A DNA stretch of 64,000 bases from Mobula hypostoma. Taxonomy: Eukaryota. Shown in pieces: positions 1-12,299 of this stretch (position 1 is its first letter; every line of letters starts with the position of its first letter). The notes under the pieces are model-generated. The model saw only the letters and a program-made list of their open reading frames with translations, was not told where the DNA came from and did not search any database. The stretch is taken from contig NC_086108.1 of assembly GCF_963921235.1 (NCBI RefSeq), forward strand, positions 53,074,001-53,138,000, written 5' to 3'. The position numbers and the translations under genes were made by a program.

Positions 1-330
1 CACAAAACTAATGTGCTGTGCCAATGGCTTTTGGGACCACCTGGTGAAGGAAGCCATTGAAATAAAACTAGGGGAAAAGAATTTTAACAAAGATGAAAGT
101 CTCACTCTAAGTAAGAACTGGAATTCAATTGTAAACAAGTGGGACAGCAGAAACCTGACTGGATGAGGATTAACCAATCTGGAAAGATGAATGATGGGAT
201 ATAAATACCACTGGAACAGACATGCCCTGGCATTGTCCCTGATGAAGATGGCAGAGTTAATTATCAAAACGGCAGTTAAAATCAATACCTGTACATGAAT
301 GAAAGCCCAAGAAGAGTTTATCTGCATCAT
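1..330 (+). mobile_element. Penelope-like element 3' end (GIY-YIG C-terminus plus pLTR remnant), truncated by window edge
   Basis: Frame from nt 2 reads TKLMCCANGFWDHLVKEAIEIKLGEKNFNKDESLTLSKNW, matching the KEAIEI..N.N.D.G..L...W end of PLE endonucleases; downstream ATAAATA and CCTGATGAAGATGGC...ATCAAAACG hammerhead-like motif at ~238-273. Confidence 0.8.
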
Positions 331-411
331 CTTAACCGCAAATCTTGGAATTTAGCACTTTTCTTATATTATACTGAAATTTCATTTCTGTATTCTAACC
401 ACAAGTAATAG

Positions 412-530
412 TACAGAGAGATGTGGGCCAAACACAAGAAAATGTGATTATTTTGGTTGACACCTGGGTTGGGATAGGTATTTTGGGCAAAAGGCCCTGT
501 ATCTGTGTTGTATAACTCTATAATTCTGTG
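412..530 (+). mobile_element. CR1 LINE 3' UTR remnant
   Basis: GGGCCAAA...TGGGCAAAAGGCCCTGTATCTGTGTTGTATAACTCTAT resembles the CR1 3' ends seen elsewhere in the window. Confidence 0.6.
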
Positions 531-687
531 ATTGACACTGCCCACTTTTGTTAGGTTAGTTTCTAGGTGCCTAAAATTTAGTAGGTAATTACTACATGGC
601 TTAAGCTACATAATTTCTTTCCATTGGCTGAGTTACCATCAGGTGAATCAATGGAAAAGTACTGTCATGATATTTAATTTCTTCAGT

Positions 688-1414
688 CGGGGGTGGCAAA
701 CCATTTTGAGAGCATATGCTCAAATTGGCAGTAATCTTCTCAAAAAAATTCTCTTGCATGCCATGGTAATTCTGAGCAGCGATGATCATTGATTAATGAA
801 TTAGTAACAATAATTAAGGACTTTTTTTAAGCAAGAAGGATGAGTTCTATTGCTTACTTGTGTTGTATTCATTGTTGGACAATTAACAAAGGTATAAGAG
901 AGACAGACTGAAATAAATAAAGTACTTTAGAAAACCTGTCCAAAAAAATTAATGTTAATCCTTCACAAAGGCAATTGAAAAATAAGTATTCATGGAGATA
1001 TTAAAGGAAATACAGTATTCATCGTTGTCATCCAGTGTTCACTCGCAAATGACAAAACAAAATATAAACAGAGTAAAGCCAATTCCAGCTGGCCCAACAG
1101 TTTACTATCCAAATGCTGATGTGTACACCAGGTCTGCAAAGAGTTCAAAATATATCAGTCAACATCACGTGTTCTTGCAACCATTTACCTGGCATCAAAC
1201 TGATGTGACGCATTTCCTGTAAAAACGTTTCGCCACACATGGGATGTAAAAAATAACTTGCTGCTTCATTTGGCAGTACATGAAATCATTATGTATCTTT
1301 TTTTTTATTATGGATGGGGTTTAAAGAATCAAGGGGTGGCACATCAAGCTGCATGCAAACAAAATGATTTTTTGTGCCACCTTGGGCATAGGTTTCATAA
1401 GTTCATCATCCCTG
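688..1414. mobile_element. Non-autonomous hAT (Charlie/OC1-like) DNA transposon, decayed
   Basis: Imperfect TIRs CGGGGGTGGCAAACC (688) and GTTCATCATCCCTG (1414), subterminal GTGCCACCTTGGGCATAGG; TSD not clearly preserved. Confidence 0.55.
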
Positions 1415-1449
1415 CCTTAGGATAAGGAATGTTTAAGATTAGAAACTAA

Positions 1450-2000
1450 GACACAAGTGACTGCAGATGCTAGAAGAACTCAGCAGCAGGAGCTTCATCT
1501 GAAGAAGCAAAGGATGGTTGTTTGTTTTATGGGCATGGCAGAAGGCAGAGTGGTAGGGAGAGTTTTAATACAAAGGCTGGTGGGCGATAGATGGAAACAT
1601 AAGAAAAAATGGCAGATGGAGGACAGATGGGTAAAGGTAAAGACTGAGGCTGGTATCTGATAGGTGGAACCAGATAGTGGAGGGATGATAGAGATATTAA
1701 CTCATGGGGGAAGGTTAGGAATGGTGAACCAAGGGAGAAGAAACCCAGATGGGTAGGTCTGTGAGTGATGGGCAGATGGAAACTAGTGGACAGGGATGAA
1801 TCGAGGTAAGAAGTTGTGGGCAGCGTGGGGTGGGGGGAGGTGATGATGCAGTGGCTTGGGATGGAAAAACTGGACAAAGGATGAGGGAAACTGGGTGAAC
1901 TGTTGGCAGTGGAAAGGGACCTCAAGGAGCTTTGTTACATCAACATGGAAAATTCAGTTTTCATATCATTGGCCACTTGGCTACCCAAGAGTGGAGAAGG
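1450..2000 (-). mobile_element. Penelope-like element 3' fragment (GIY-YIG tail and pyrimidine-rich UTR)
   Basis: Reverse complement of ~1925-1995 resembles LG.....MK.EFS..; mirror image of 2040-2815; ends in the CTGCAGATGC..AACTCAGCAG arm. Confidence 0.6.
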
Positions 2001-2039
2001 CTAAGGACAGAGAGGGAATGAAAGGGAAGGTCCATTCTT

Positions 2040-2815
2040 CAATTTGCATTTAATTTTAACTCCATTTCCCATTCCCACACTGATCTATCTATCCTTTGCC
2101 TTCTCTAAAGCCATGGGCGAGGCCAAAGGCAAACAAGAAGAACAGCACATTTCCACTTGGGTAGCCTGTATTTCAATAGCATGAATATTGAATTTACCAA
2201 TGTCAGGTAAACCACTTCTTACCACCCCCACCAGTCCACCAAGCGTCTCTCTCCTTTGTCCACTCGGCCCACCCCCAGCCTCTTACCTCCACTGATCCAC
2301 CTCCACCAGGATTTATCCGCCTATCACCTACATACCCACAGTATGTTACCTGAGCTTCTTCTCATTTGGTTCACGTTCCCTAACCTTCTCCCCTCTGGGC
2401 CTATCTTCTTTGACATATCACCTACCAGTCTACCCTGTCTCTACCCTTCCAGCCCCGCCTTCCTTTATCTGGCCCCACCTGCTCATTGTTTTCTTCTTTT
2501 CCTAGCTTGCCACCTATTACCAAACAGCCTCTATCTCAACACTCCCCCTCCCGCTCCCTTCTCCAATATGGCTCCAACCTCCCACCAAAGCCACCTGTCC
2601 CCACCATCTGCTTCCACTTATCACCTACCAGTCTTGGTCTCACCCCTCCCTCTTCCTCAAAAGTACTAAAATATTAGCTGTCTGTTTTCTGCACTCTCAG
2701 TCCTGTTGCAAAGTCTTGACTTGAAACACTGACTGTCCCTTTGTCTTCGCTGATGCCATTTAACCCACTGAGTTCTTTCAATAGTTTTTATTGCTTCATA
2801 TTCCAGCGTCTATTT
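2040..2815 (+). mobile_element. Penelope-like element 3' fragment
   Basis: FNSISHSHTDLSIL...EAKGKQEEQH..HLGSLYFNSMNIEFTNVR* (GIY-YIG C-terminus, frameshifted), C/T-rich UTR, degenerate hammerhead CAGTCCTGTTGC...GAAACACTGACTG at ~2698-2735. Confidence 0.75.
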
Positions 2816-3100
2816 TTATCCTAGCCTTTCCTTAGCTTAAGAAAATGAAATATCATAATAGCACTTTCACATTGTCTCACCTGATAACAACTAAACCAAT
2901 GGAAAGTGAAGGTATAACTCAAGATCCTTTTAACCTTTTAAGATCCTTGTACTTGCCCACTAAATTGTAGAGTAACAACGAGCAAACAAAGTTACAATAA
3001 CATTTACAATAATCAAAGAAAAGTGCCCAGTGTGATTCACTGAGTTGTACAGCGTGAACTCTGGCCCTTCAGCCCTACTGATCCATCCCAACCAAGTTCT

Positions 3101-3225
3101 GCCAAAGAGTTTCAGCCCGAAACATCAACTGCACTTTTTCCATAGATGCCGCCTGGCCTGCTGAGTTCCTCCAGCATTGTGTGTGTGTTGCTTGGATTTG
3201 CAACATCTGCAGGAATTCTTTTGTT
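3101..3225 (+). mobile_element. Penelope-derived terminal arm
   Basis: CCCGAAACATCAACTG...GATGCCGCCTGGCCTGCTGAGTTCCTCCAGCATT, same arm as in 57232-57421. Confidence 0.7.
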
Positions 3226-3640
3226 TGTGGCCCATATACCTCCAAACTTTTCCTTGTGATTAGGATACAGAAATACAATTTCAAATTAATGTAAAAAAAA
3301 CTGAATCCTAAGGTTTAAAATTATAATGATATGGATTATTAAGGGATAGATTTTTCTAGTTTATTCCTTTGTCTTTCAAACAGATATAATTGTAGGCATT
3401 AATTTGCCCATCATTTCCCCCCTTATCAGATTGCAACCTGAAACACTTACTATTCCTTTGCCTCTCCAGATGATCCTCAACGAGTTGATTACAATAAAAG
3501 AAGGGTTTATCTTTGCCATTATTCAATAAGATCTTCCTGGAATGTGTGCATGTGTGCTGTGCTGCCTCTCACAGTCATCTGACTTCCTGATGTTCGTTGC
3601 TAGAACTTTTTTATGATGAATGGTCACTTGGGCTGTGGCC

Positions 3641-6600
3641 ATGAAGGAGCTGGGAAACACACACAAAATGCTGGAGGGACTCAACGAGTCAGGCAGCATC
3701 TTTGGAGGGGAACAGACAGTCAACATTTCGGGCCGAGGCCCTTCACTGGGATTGGAAAGGGAGGGGCAGAAGCCAGAATAAGAAGATGGGGACAGGGTAA
3801 GGAGTACAAGCTGGTGGTTGATAGGTGAAACCAGGTGAGCAGGAAGGTGGGTGGGCGGAGGAGGGGGAATGAATTAAGAAACTGTGAGGGGATAGGTGGA
3901 AAAAGGGAAGGGCTGAAGAAGGTGCAATCTAATAGGAGAGGACAGGAGACCATAGAAGAAAGGAAAGGAGTGGAACCAAAAGGAGGTGATGGCAGGTGAG
4001 GAGAACAGAAGGGGTAAGAGGATAACCAAAATGGAGAATGAGAGAAGGGCGGAAGGGGGAGTATTTACCGGAATTAGAAAAATCGATGTTCATGCCGTGA
4101 GATCGGAGGCTACCCCAGACGGAACATGAGGTATCGGACAAAACATTTTTGTGCTGATTTCTTTCCTGGGCCCTACATTGGGCACTAAATAAGGAGGAGT
4201 TTGCAAAATGTCCTGACTTGGTGTGATTTCAAGGTGCGTCAGAAGAGGCAGAAGGCACATAAAGATTGATCGGTCAGTGTCCTCAGTGCCAGCTGAGCAG
4301 CTGTGCAAGGAGCCCTCTGCAGGCATCGCTCAGAGGTCATTGAGCAAACTCAGCATAAATAGGAAAAGGTACTCAAGGGAACTTTGTACACTGCAACTGT
4401 TCCTAGTTGAAGGAATTGTTCCAGGGCAGACCGACTTCTGCAGCTGCTCAGGGAATTCATCACAGGCAGGTGAAGGAAACTCAATGGATCCGTTTTTTAC
4501 AGAAAACACTAACGTGGATAATTGTAACTTTTTATCATTCCCCAGCATCTGGTTGGATTTGTCATAAATTAAAAGGAAAATTTGGGTAAAAGAGTTATAG
4601 ATGTATAAAAATTCTTCTACTTAAGAGGGTTAATTTTTGGAACTCTTATGATAACTGATGTTGTATAATTTCAACAGATTTTATGCAGTAAGAATTGTTG
4701 AATTTATAAATTTATTAAGTGATTCAACTTTAATTTCTCTGTTTTTCTAGTCTTAATGAAATGCTTTGTTTAACACAGGACAAAGAAAGCATTGACATTC
4801 CAGAAGCGGACTTCTTGCACAGAACACCAACTGAGGTCTCAAATCGCAAGCATCCTGAACGGAGAGCAACGATAGGCTATTAACTACATGAGACATCACA
4901 GCTACCATCAACCATACAAATCATTTAGTTACTTTATGGTCCTATTCAAAGATAAGTAACAAGATCCCATTCTTGCACTGACCAAAGCTTCCCTCTCAAA
5001 GCAATGCCTAAAACAAATAATCTGGTTATCAATTTCTTGCTGTTTGCAAGACCAAGCTATGCTCAAGTTGGCTTATGTACTGTGCATATACTGTCAGTTC
5101 AAGGGGCTCTAAAGCTTTTTGCATTGCCTGGGGTTGCAAAATATATTTTTTTTAAAGATGAATTCATTCTTTTTTCCCCTTATTCATAGTTTCTGAAATT
5201 TCTTTCTTGCTCTTTTTTTTTGTTTTCTGGCTTTATTGTTTTCTTTCCTTTTGCTCTGATAGCCTGGCTTGCTTTTCTTCCTTTCTCATTGTCACTCTTT
5301 CACTTTTAGTCAATCACTGCCGATGAAGGATACACAGTGAGAGTGTCACGAGCCTTTCATTTCTCTTTATGGATATATATTCCCGATTTTTTTTTGTTTT
5401 GATTCAGTTTAAAAGCACTGTATTCATTTTTGTTGGAAAATCTCTTTTTCTTTGATAGATTTATCTTGTTCTAAAAACATGATGCTACAATCTATCACTG
5501 CATCAATTACATGTCACACCATTGTGAGGAAAATGACACAAGGTTTATAGAGATAGAATACACATCTCGGATACCGGTGAAGTTATGACTGAAATTATAT
5601 GTTCAAAACTGGATACTGAAGAATAATTACAAACTGTAATCTAATCGAGAGGTTGGGTGGTTCATAACAATTATAAATAGTTGGCTGAGAATAGTGATAT
5701 TGGACAATCAACAGTGGTGTGATACTCTATTCAAAATTTTAGGTAGTTTATCTCTATATACTACCATATGAATTTGTTTGAAATAAAATCTCTCTGTGCA
5801 ATTAAATATTTATTTCAAACAAATTGAAATAGCAAGTTTTTAATTTATGATTGATAAGAAGTGAGCTATTCCTCAGTTTGAATTCAGAAGGATGCTCTTT
5901 CTGCATTTGTGTCACATTTCCATTCTCTACAAGTAATCCTTGTATCCTGTCTGAAGCAGGCTGTCTTATAAATGTCAAATCACTGGGCCTCTGTGATGCT
6001 TGTACATTGTGACAACAGATTGGGGCAACTCTGATCACTGCAAGCCGCAGGAAGATCACCCTACATGTCCTCCTGGTTGCTCACTAATTGATTATCTAGA
6101 TGGGGTGGTATTTATTAGGTACCACTCCCCCATCCCTATTTTCTCTGAATGACTTGTAAGGCCATTTAAGAATGATTTTAGTTCCCTGAAAGACAAGACT
6201 TTATTTCCAGAATTTTCTGGTTCAGATCCTCAAGACAACTTTAGTGGGATGAGAACTGATATTCTCTCAAATATTACTCCTCATCCCTAGAATACTCGAC
6301 ATTCTATAAACTCCCACTCTAATGATATCCCAGAAATTCAAGAAGAAGATAATCCTTCATCCAAAAAAATAATGTGAATTTTCAAAGTTAATCTTATATT
6401 CATTTGTCTTATTTTTTAAACAGGAACCAAGTTCGGTGGAACAGCATCCATCAGTTTCACTTTAGCATTTATAAAATAACGTTATTCCATGTGTATTCAG
6501 TTGCTAATGAATCAGGCTAAGTAACTTTACTTTGGTTTTATGACCAGGGCTGCACTGAGAAGAGAGTGATGATTTCAAACTGCTTAGAATTTATCCTTGA

Positions 6601-7990
6601 TGTGAACAGGATGTATAATGAGAAGTGTCAGCACCTTAACTCTTTCATATAATTTTTGTTTCTCATTTTTTCCCCTGCACTTCTAAATGTGTTCACATTT
6701 ATTGGAATCCAGATGTCAGAACCAAGTGTGAATAATTATTTTCTGATTTGAGTTTGTATAGTGAGTTTAGCAGGTTGCTTCACTGTGTACTGCATTAACA
6801 CAAAGGCTGATACTGTTGTAACCAGGAATTTGTGCATAGATGTACACACACTCACACATATAAAAGCCATACTCCAGTCAACAATGGGACAGTGAATGGC
6901 AATGAAAACTTGGGATAATTTCATTTTCTCTAGGACAGTAATGGAGTGTAGGCATCCATTCTTGGGGCAGCAAAGGCAGCAGTGAACTTATAGAAAACAG
7001 TTTTTAACCTATGTCATTAGCTGAACTAACCCATGCTGAAGCTGACTTTCCCCAGAAAATTAGCAGTGATTATTGATGACCGATATTTGTACCTGGCTAC
7101 TATTAGTAATAGTAGTGCTGGCTGCTACACTGCTGCAATAAGGCTATTATTAAAGGTTAAAAAAGGTAAGTGGAATGAAGATTAAGTGACAAAGCAATTA
7201 GGTATTAAGTGGGGTAGTTATGATCTTGTCATGGAGGTGTGGGCATTTAGTATCATTCCCATAGTATTTAGCCATCAAAGGGGCAGAAGGAAAAATTACA
7301 AAGGGATGAATAAATGTTTATAATTGTTTGTGTTGTCTGAAATATTCCATTTGACAAAATTTTCAGTGCAGAACAAAGACATTTTATATCTACGAGTAAA
7401 CCATAAAGTTTTACAAGCACGAATGATCCATGATTACTAATGAACGCTTCAACTCCGTGCTGCATCTAAATATGTCAAGACTAATGGAGCTGTTGATCTT
7501 GATATGTGGTAAGTATTTGAAGATCTATAAACAAATTAGTTAATGGGTAAGCAACATTACATCTCGGTGCTCGATGTTTTTGTGCTGAGTCTCAGATGCA
7601 TTTCAAAGAGATTTCATCATCTGTAATGTTGTTGTCATTAAGGGTTTGGTGCTCTCCACAGGAACAAGCAATAGGCAGTACCCAGAGCCATGCATGCTGT
7701 GTAAAGGAATGATTAGAAAACAGGTTTGTTACTGGTAATAAGAGAATTAGATTATGTAAACTGTAATTAGTCTCACGCTAAATAGCTCAGCTTTCACAGT
7801 ACCTGACAGTAGTTTTTAATATAGTGCAGTTATCTTTTCATTCAGCATTTAAGAGTTTTAATTGCTCATTTTCTCAAGCAGGAAGTTCAAATGGGTTCAA
7901 AATTATGAGATTTCATTGCACAGGTGGGGGAAAGTACTTGGGGTGTCTACTGAATCTTACCATCACCTGTATGTTTTGCTATTCTGGTTA
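3641..7990 (+). pseudogene. Candidate decayed multi-exon gene for a single-pass membrane receptor (signal peptide, FN3-like repeats, TM, possible kinase start); identity unknown
   Basis: Exon-like segments: 3641-3655+4139-4585, 4779-4951, 5459-5576, ~5960-6075, 6211-6373, 6424-6515, 6934-7165, 7662-7723, 7882-~7985, mostly with polypyrimidine-AG acceptors and GT(-like) donors; several junctions phase-compatible; multiple in-frame stops and at least one frameshift. Confidence 0.42.
3656..4132 (-). mobile_element. Penelope-like element 3' fragment
   Basis: Minus strand reads LMFRLG/SLRSHGMNIDFSNFR* (frameshifted GIY-YIG end), then UTR and terminal arm with degenerate hammerhead GTGAAGGGCCTCGGCCCGAAATGTTGACTG. 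Confidence 0.85.
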
Positions 7991-10309
7991 TAATAAAAAC
8001 TGACACAGCCTTTTCCAATATGGTTTGTAAATGTTGAATCTTTTATTTCCATTAAACCAGTAGCACTTCAAGCAGATTATTTATGTATTCTGTGTAAATC
8101 AGTGAAATTGATTGCATGTATTGCATCCTATTAAATTAGCCTACACAGTTTATATGAAAAGGTCAACATATTTTCAACAACCTCTTGGAAATGCTTTTAT
8201 TTTTAATTTCTATGGTAGCTGAGGTTCTTTGACTACCACACGAGTTGGAACATTCAATTCTTACACATCAGTGAAGCTGTAGAGAATTGTGTGATGTGTT
8301 ACCTGGAGAAATAAATCTCCATTAAAGGGTTAAAGACCAAGCACAGTGCAAATGACAAGACGTGCACTTGATAGACACAAGCTCATATATCCCTGATGTC
8401 TCAAAATATTAGGTTTCTCTTCCAATAATGTTGAAAATATTGCTTACTGTCATGATTAATTTTCACAGTGGTGTGGGTTGATTGTAGGTGACGCGGTCAC
8501 AGCACAGTGCCTGTGTTAGTTTCCACACACCGTCAAGTCTACTACACATGCTGGTGAAGGGAAAAAGAACAGTAATACCACATTTTGCAGTTGCTAATAG
8601 ATTGTGACAAGAAAGAGGGAAACCTTTGTTTTAATTTGAAAAACAAGAAAAACCAAATAGCAAAACTTCAGTACGTGCTTAACTTTGTGGAGTCAAGTGA
8701 AAAACATCAAGCTTTTTTCCCTTTTGCCAGTTCTTGGCTGGGATCAAGGGAAAGAGAAGATATTTGCAGATGTGGAGGAAGACATGAAAAACATTTTTTG
8801 AATAGAAGGCCTGAATTATTTCTCTTGAGTTCACTAAGTTTCACAGGCATTTATACATGCCCATTGTCCAGCCACAGAAACAAGTCACTCTTTCTTCACG
8901 GGATGATAAACAAGCAAGCATTTCTCATAATCAAATCTATACATTTTGCCCAGTCTATTTATGACTGGGAGATTCTTTTGTGCTGGGTATCCAACAATGG
9001 TAACATTGATTTTAGAATTGAAGAATTTTGGTGTGTTGAACAAACTGGGGGGGGTTGATGGGAGAACAAGGAAAATTGTCTGTGCTACAGGGACAACAGT
9101 GTGCTTATACAAACTTCTCTTTTCTCACCACTTTTTGCAGAGTGACAGAGTGACTTGACTCATTCAAACAACGTTATTAAATGCAATCCATCAACTAGTA
9201 CTTTATAGAATGCTCATTGCTGACAAAAGTTATGTCATCTTCCGTTCAGTAAAGTCTGGCGGAGATAATTCCCTCTGTTGTGCCTCCACAATCAAGGCCT
9301 TGTTTATGAAGTTGCATTTATGAAGTGAAAGTATTTTTTTGAGACTGATAGGACATTGATGTTCGACTTGCCAAAGGCAGTGATCAGCCTGAAAAGTCAC
9401 GACCTCCCCCATTTTGCCACATAGCAACTAATTGAAACGATACAAATTACTGCAATTCTTTGTATGCCAATTTAGCTGCTGGTTGTGGTCAAAGGTCAAA
9501 TGGTTCCTATTCATGAGATACTGTTTGAAGTGGCTGGTGCCACAGCGAGTAGCTCAGAGTGGACCCTCTGACTCCTCTGGACACTACCCCATGCAGGGGA
9601 AAGGAGTACAGTAAATGACAGTATCACAATGGACTAGCAGACAACCTCTTATCATGCACATCAAAAGCCCCCTTCTTGTCAGTTTGCGCTTGTCGCCAGT
9701 GCAGGACATGGTTTTCCAGATGGAGGATAAATGTTTAATTCAGCGGAACTCTTTAGGGAGTAAAAAGTCAGCAGTCTGACTCTTCTCGAATGCTGTACCA
9801 ACTAGATGTTTGTAAGGAACACACAATATGATAAAATCAACAGACTGCTTTTCACTTACACTATTTGGATTTAGCTTCTTATTAGCTATCCAAAATTTCC
9901 TTTTATTCCTGCAGTCACTCACTTGCTGTTCGCATCTGGTTCAATGGACGTAAATTGTATATTTCTGTACCTTGCCCAAACAGCTATTCTTTACCAGGGA
10001 ATTTAAATGTTGAGTGGAACGAGTACACGCAGCATTCCCTACCTATCCGTTCATGATGATACACAGTAGAAATGACCAAATAGCAATTGAAAAGAGGAAG
10101 GGTCCGCTGGATATGTTTCCTTCCTAGTTTAAGACACTGAATCCAACTGCAGCACTTCCTTGTCCATGTCCAAGATCAGCCACATTGATAACTGAAACTT
10201 GTTCACATGGTTCAGCACAATATCAAGCAGTGCTTTCTCCATCAAGGCATCAGCTAATGTTTCTATAGCTTACCAATACCAGAGGGGGTTTTGACTTTGC
10301 CATAAAATA

Positions 10310-10775
10310 TAAAATGACGGAGGTGCTCAGCAGATCAGGTATTATCTATGAAAGTAACGTAGTTACCATTTCAGATCAATAACTTTCATCAGGATTAGAA
10401 ACAGGTGGAAATCAAATGTACTTTAAGTAGCAGAGAAGGTGAAGAGGTGGAGAGAAACAAAAGGAATTCTTGTGACAAGGTGGAGCTGAAGAGAGATTGA
10501 ATGAGATAAATGGTGGTTCTGCCAATTGAGAAAAAGTAGTGAAGATTTGTTAATCGCAACTGGTCTATCAGGAGAAGATGGAAATAGAAAGAGAAGAATG
10601 GGAATATTGGAGAGAGGAAACAATGAAAGACAATACATGATTGTTGCTAGAAATCTAAAATAAAGGAAAATACTGGAAAATACTCAGGTCAGAGAGCTCC
10701 TCTGAAAAGAAAAAAAACTGAGTTAATGTTGCAGATTTATTACTTTTTATCAGAACTGGGCAATTCTGATGTAAA
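10310..10775 (-). mobile_element. Old Penelope-derived arms/UTR
   Basis: Degenerate CTCAGCAGATCAGG and TACTCAGGTCAG arms plus purine-rich spacer like other copies. Confidence 0.45.
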
Positions 10776-10823
10776 CTTAAATTGTTGAATTTGATATTGT
10801 ATCCTGAGGGAAGTAAGTGACTA

Positions 10824-11040
10824 TACAGGTTGATAAGGTGGTAAAGAAGGCATATGGCATACTTGCCTTTATTAGTTGAGGCATTGAGTTCAAGAGCTGG
10901 GAAGTTATGCTGCAGCTTTATAAAACGTCAGTTCATCACATCTGGAATATTGCATTCAGTTCTGGTCACGCCATTATAAGAGGGATGTGGAGGATTTGGA
11001 GATGGTTCATCAGAGGTTTACCAGGACACTGCCTGGATTA
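10824..11040 (+). mobile_element. CR1 LINE RT C-terminal fragment
   Basis: QVDKVVKKAYGILAFIS*GIEFKSWEVMLQLYK...HLEYCIQFWS. Confidence 0.85.
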
Positions 11041-12250
11041 TAAGCCATAAAACCATAAGATATAGGAGCAGGATCAGGCCATTTGGACCATCAAGTCTGC
11101 TCCACCATTTCATCATGGCTGATCCATTTTCCCTCTCACGCCTTCTCACAATATCTCTTCATGCCCTGACCAATCAAGAATCTATCAACCTCTGCCTTAA
11201 ATATGAATAAAGACTAAGCCTCCACAGCAGCCTGTGCCAAAGAATTTCACAGATTCACCACTCTCGGGCTGAAGAAATTCCTCCTCTTCTCCATTCTGAA
11301 AGGCTACCCCTCCATTCTGAGGCTGTGTCCTCTGCTCTTAGACTCTCCCACCATAGGAAACATTCTGTCCACATCCACTCTATCAAGGCCTTTCACCATT
11401 TGATACTTTTCAATGAGGTCATCCCTCATTCTTCTGAATTCTAGTGAATACAGGCCCAAAACCATCAAACAATTTTCATATGACGAGCCATTCAATCCTG
11501 GAATCATTTTCGTGAACCTCCTTTGAACCCTCTCCAGTTTCAGCACAGCCTTTCTAAGATAAGGGGCCCAAAACTGCTCACAATACTCAAGTGAGGCTTC
11601 ACCAGTGCTTTATAAGGCCTCAACGTTACATCCTTGCTTTTATATTCTGGGCCTCTTGAAATGAATGATAACGTTACATTTGCCTTCTTCACCACAGACT
11701 CAACCTGCAAAATAACCTTTAGGAAATCCTTTAAAAGGACTCTCAAATCCCTTTGCACCTCAGTTTTTTGTATTTCTCTCTATTTGGAAAATAGTCAACC
11801 CTTCATTTCTTCTACCAAAGTGCATGACCATACACTTCCCGACACTGCATTTCTTTGCCCATTCCTGTCTAAGTCCTTCTGTAGCCTCTCTACTTCTTCA
11901 AAACCACCTGCCCCTCCACTATCTCATATCTTCTGAAAGTTTGCAACAATGCCATCAATTCCATCATCTGAATCATTGACATACAACATAAAAAGAATCG
12001 GTCCCAACACAGACTCTTGTCACCAGCAGCCAACCAGAAAAGGCTCCCTTTATTCCCACTCCTTGCCTCTTGCTAATCAGCCCTTGCTTTATCCATGCTA
12101 GTATCTTTCCTGTAATTCCACGGGCTCGTAGCTTGTTAAGCAGCCTCATGTGCAGCGCCTTGTCAAAGGCCTTCTGAAAATCCAAGTGCACAACATCAAC
12201 CGATTCTCCTTTGTCTATCCTGCTTGTTATTTCTTCAACAAATTCCAACA
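11041..12250 (-). mobile_element. CR1 LINE, 5'-truncated, RT to 3' tail
   Basis: ORFs 11973-12251 (LDFQKAFDK), 11540-11758 and 11304-11546 (LERVQRRFTKMIPG..LGLYSLE); (CCATAA)n-type tail at 11041-11062. Confidence 0.92.
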
Positions 12251-12299
12251 TTATCCCACATTAAACATATAAGTCATTAGTATACAGCATATACCAAAC

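Noticed and set aside
1100..1222. Two apparent minus-strand mini-exons (EMRHISLMP|DLVYTSAFG*)
   Set aside because: They lie inside the hAT element, the intron would be under 60 nt, and the protein is not recognisable
4407..4872. Alternative spliced frame ...WICHKLKGKFG|TKKALTFQKR
   Set aside because: Uses the same splice sites but has more upstream stops and does not link to the signal-peptide-like start; shows the frame choice is uncertain
8585..9158. 157-aa and 70-aa ORFs with faint kinase-like words (EGNL, LKNFG)
   Set aside because: No HRD, DFG or APE motif can be read; too weak to call, though worth including in the homology search
10129..10272. Minus-strand open stretch AIETLADALMEKALLDIVLNH
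   Set aside because: Short, no convincing splice sites, no recognisable family
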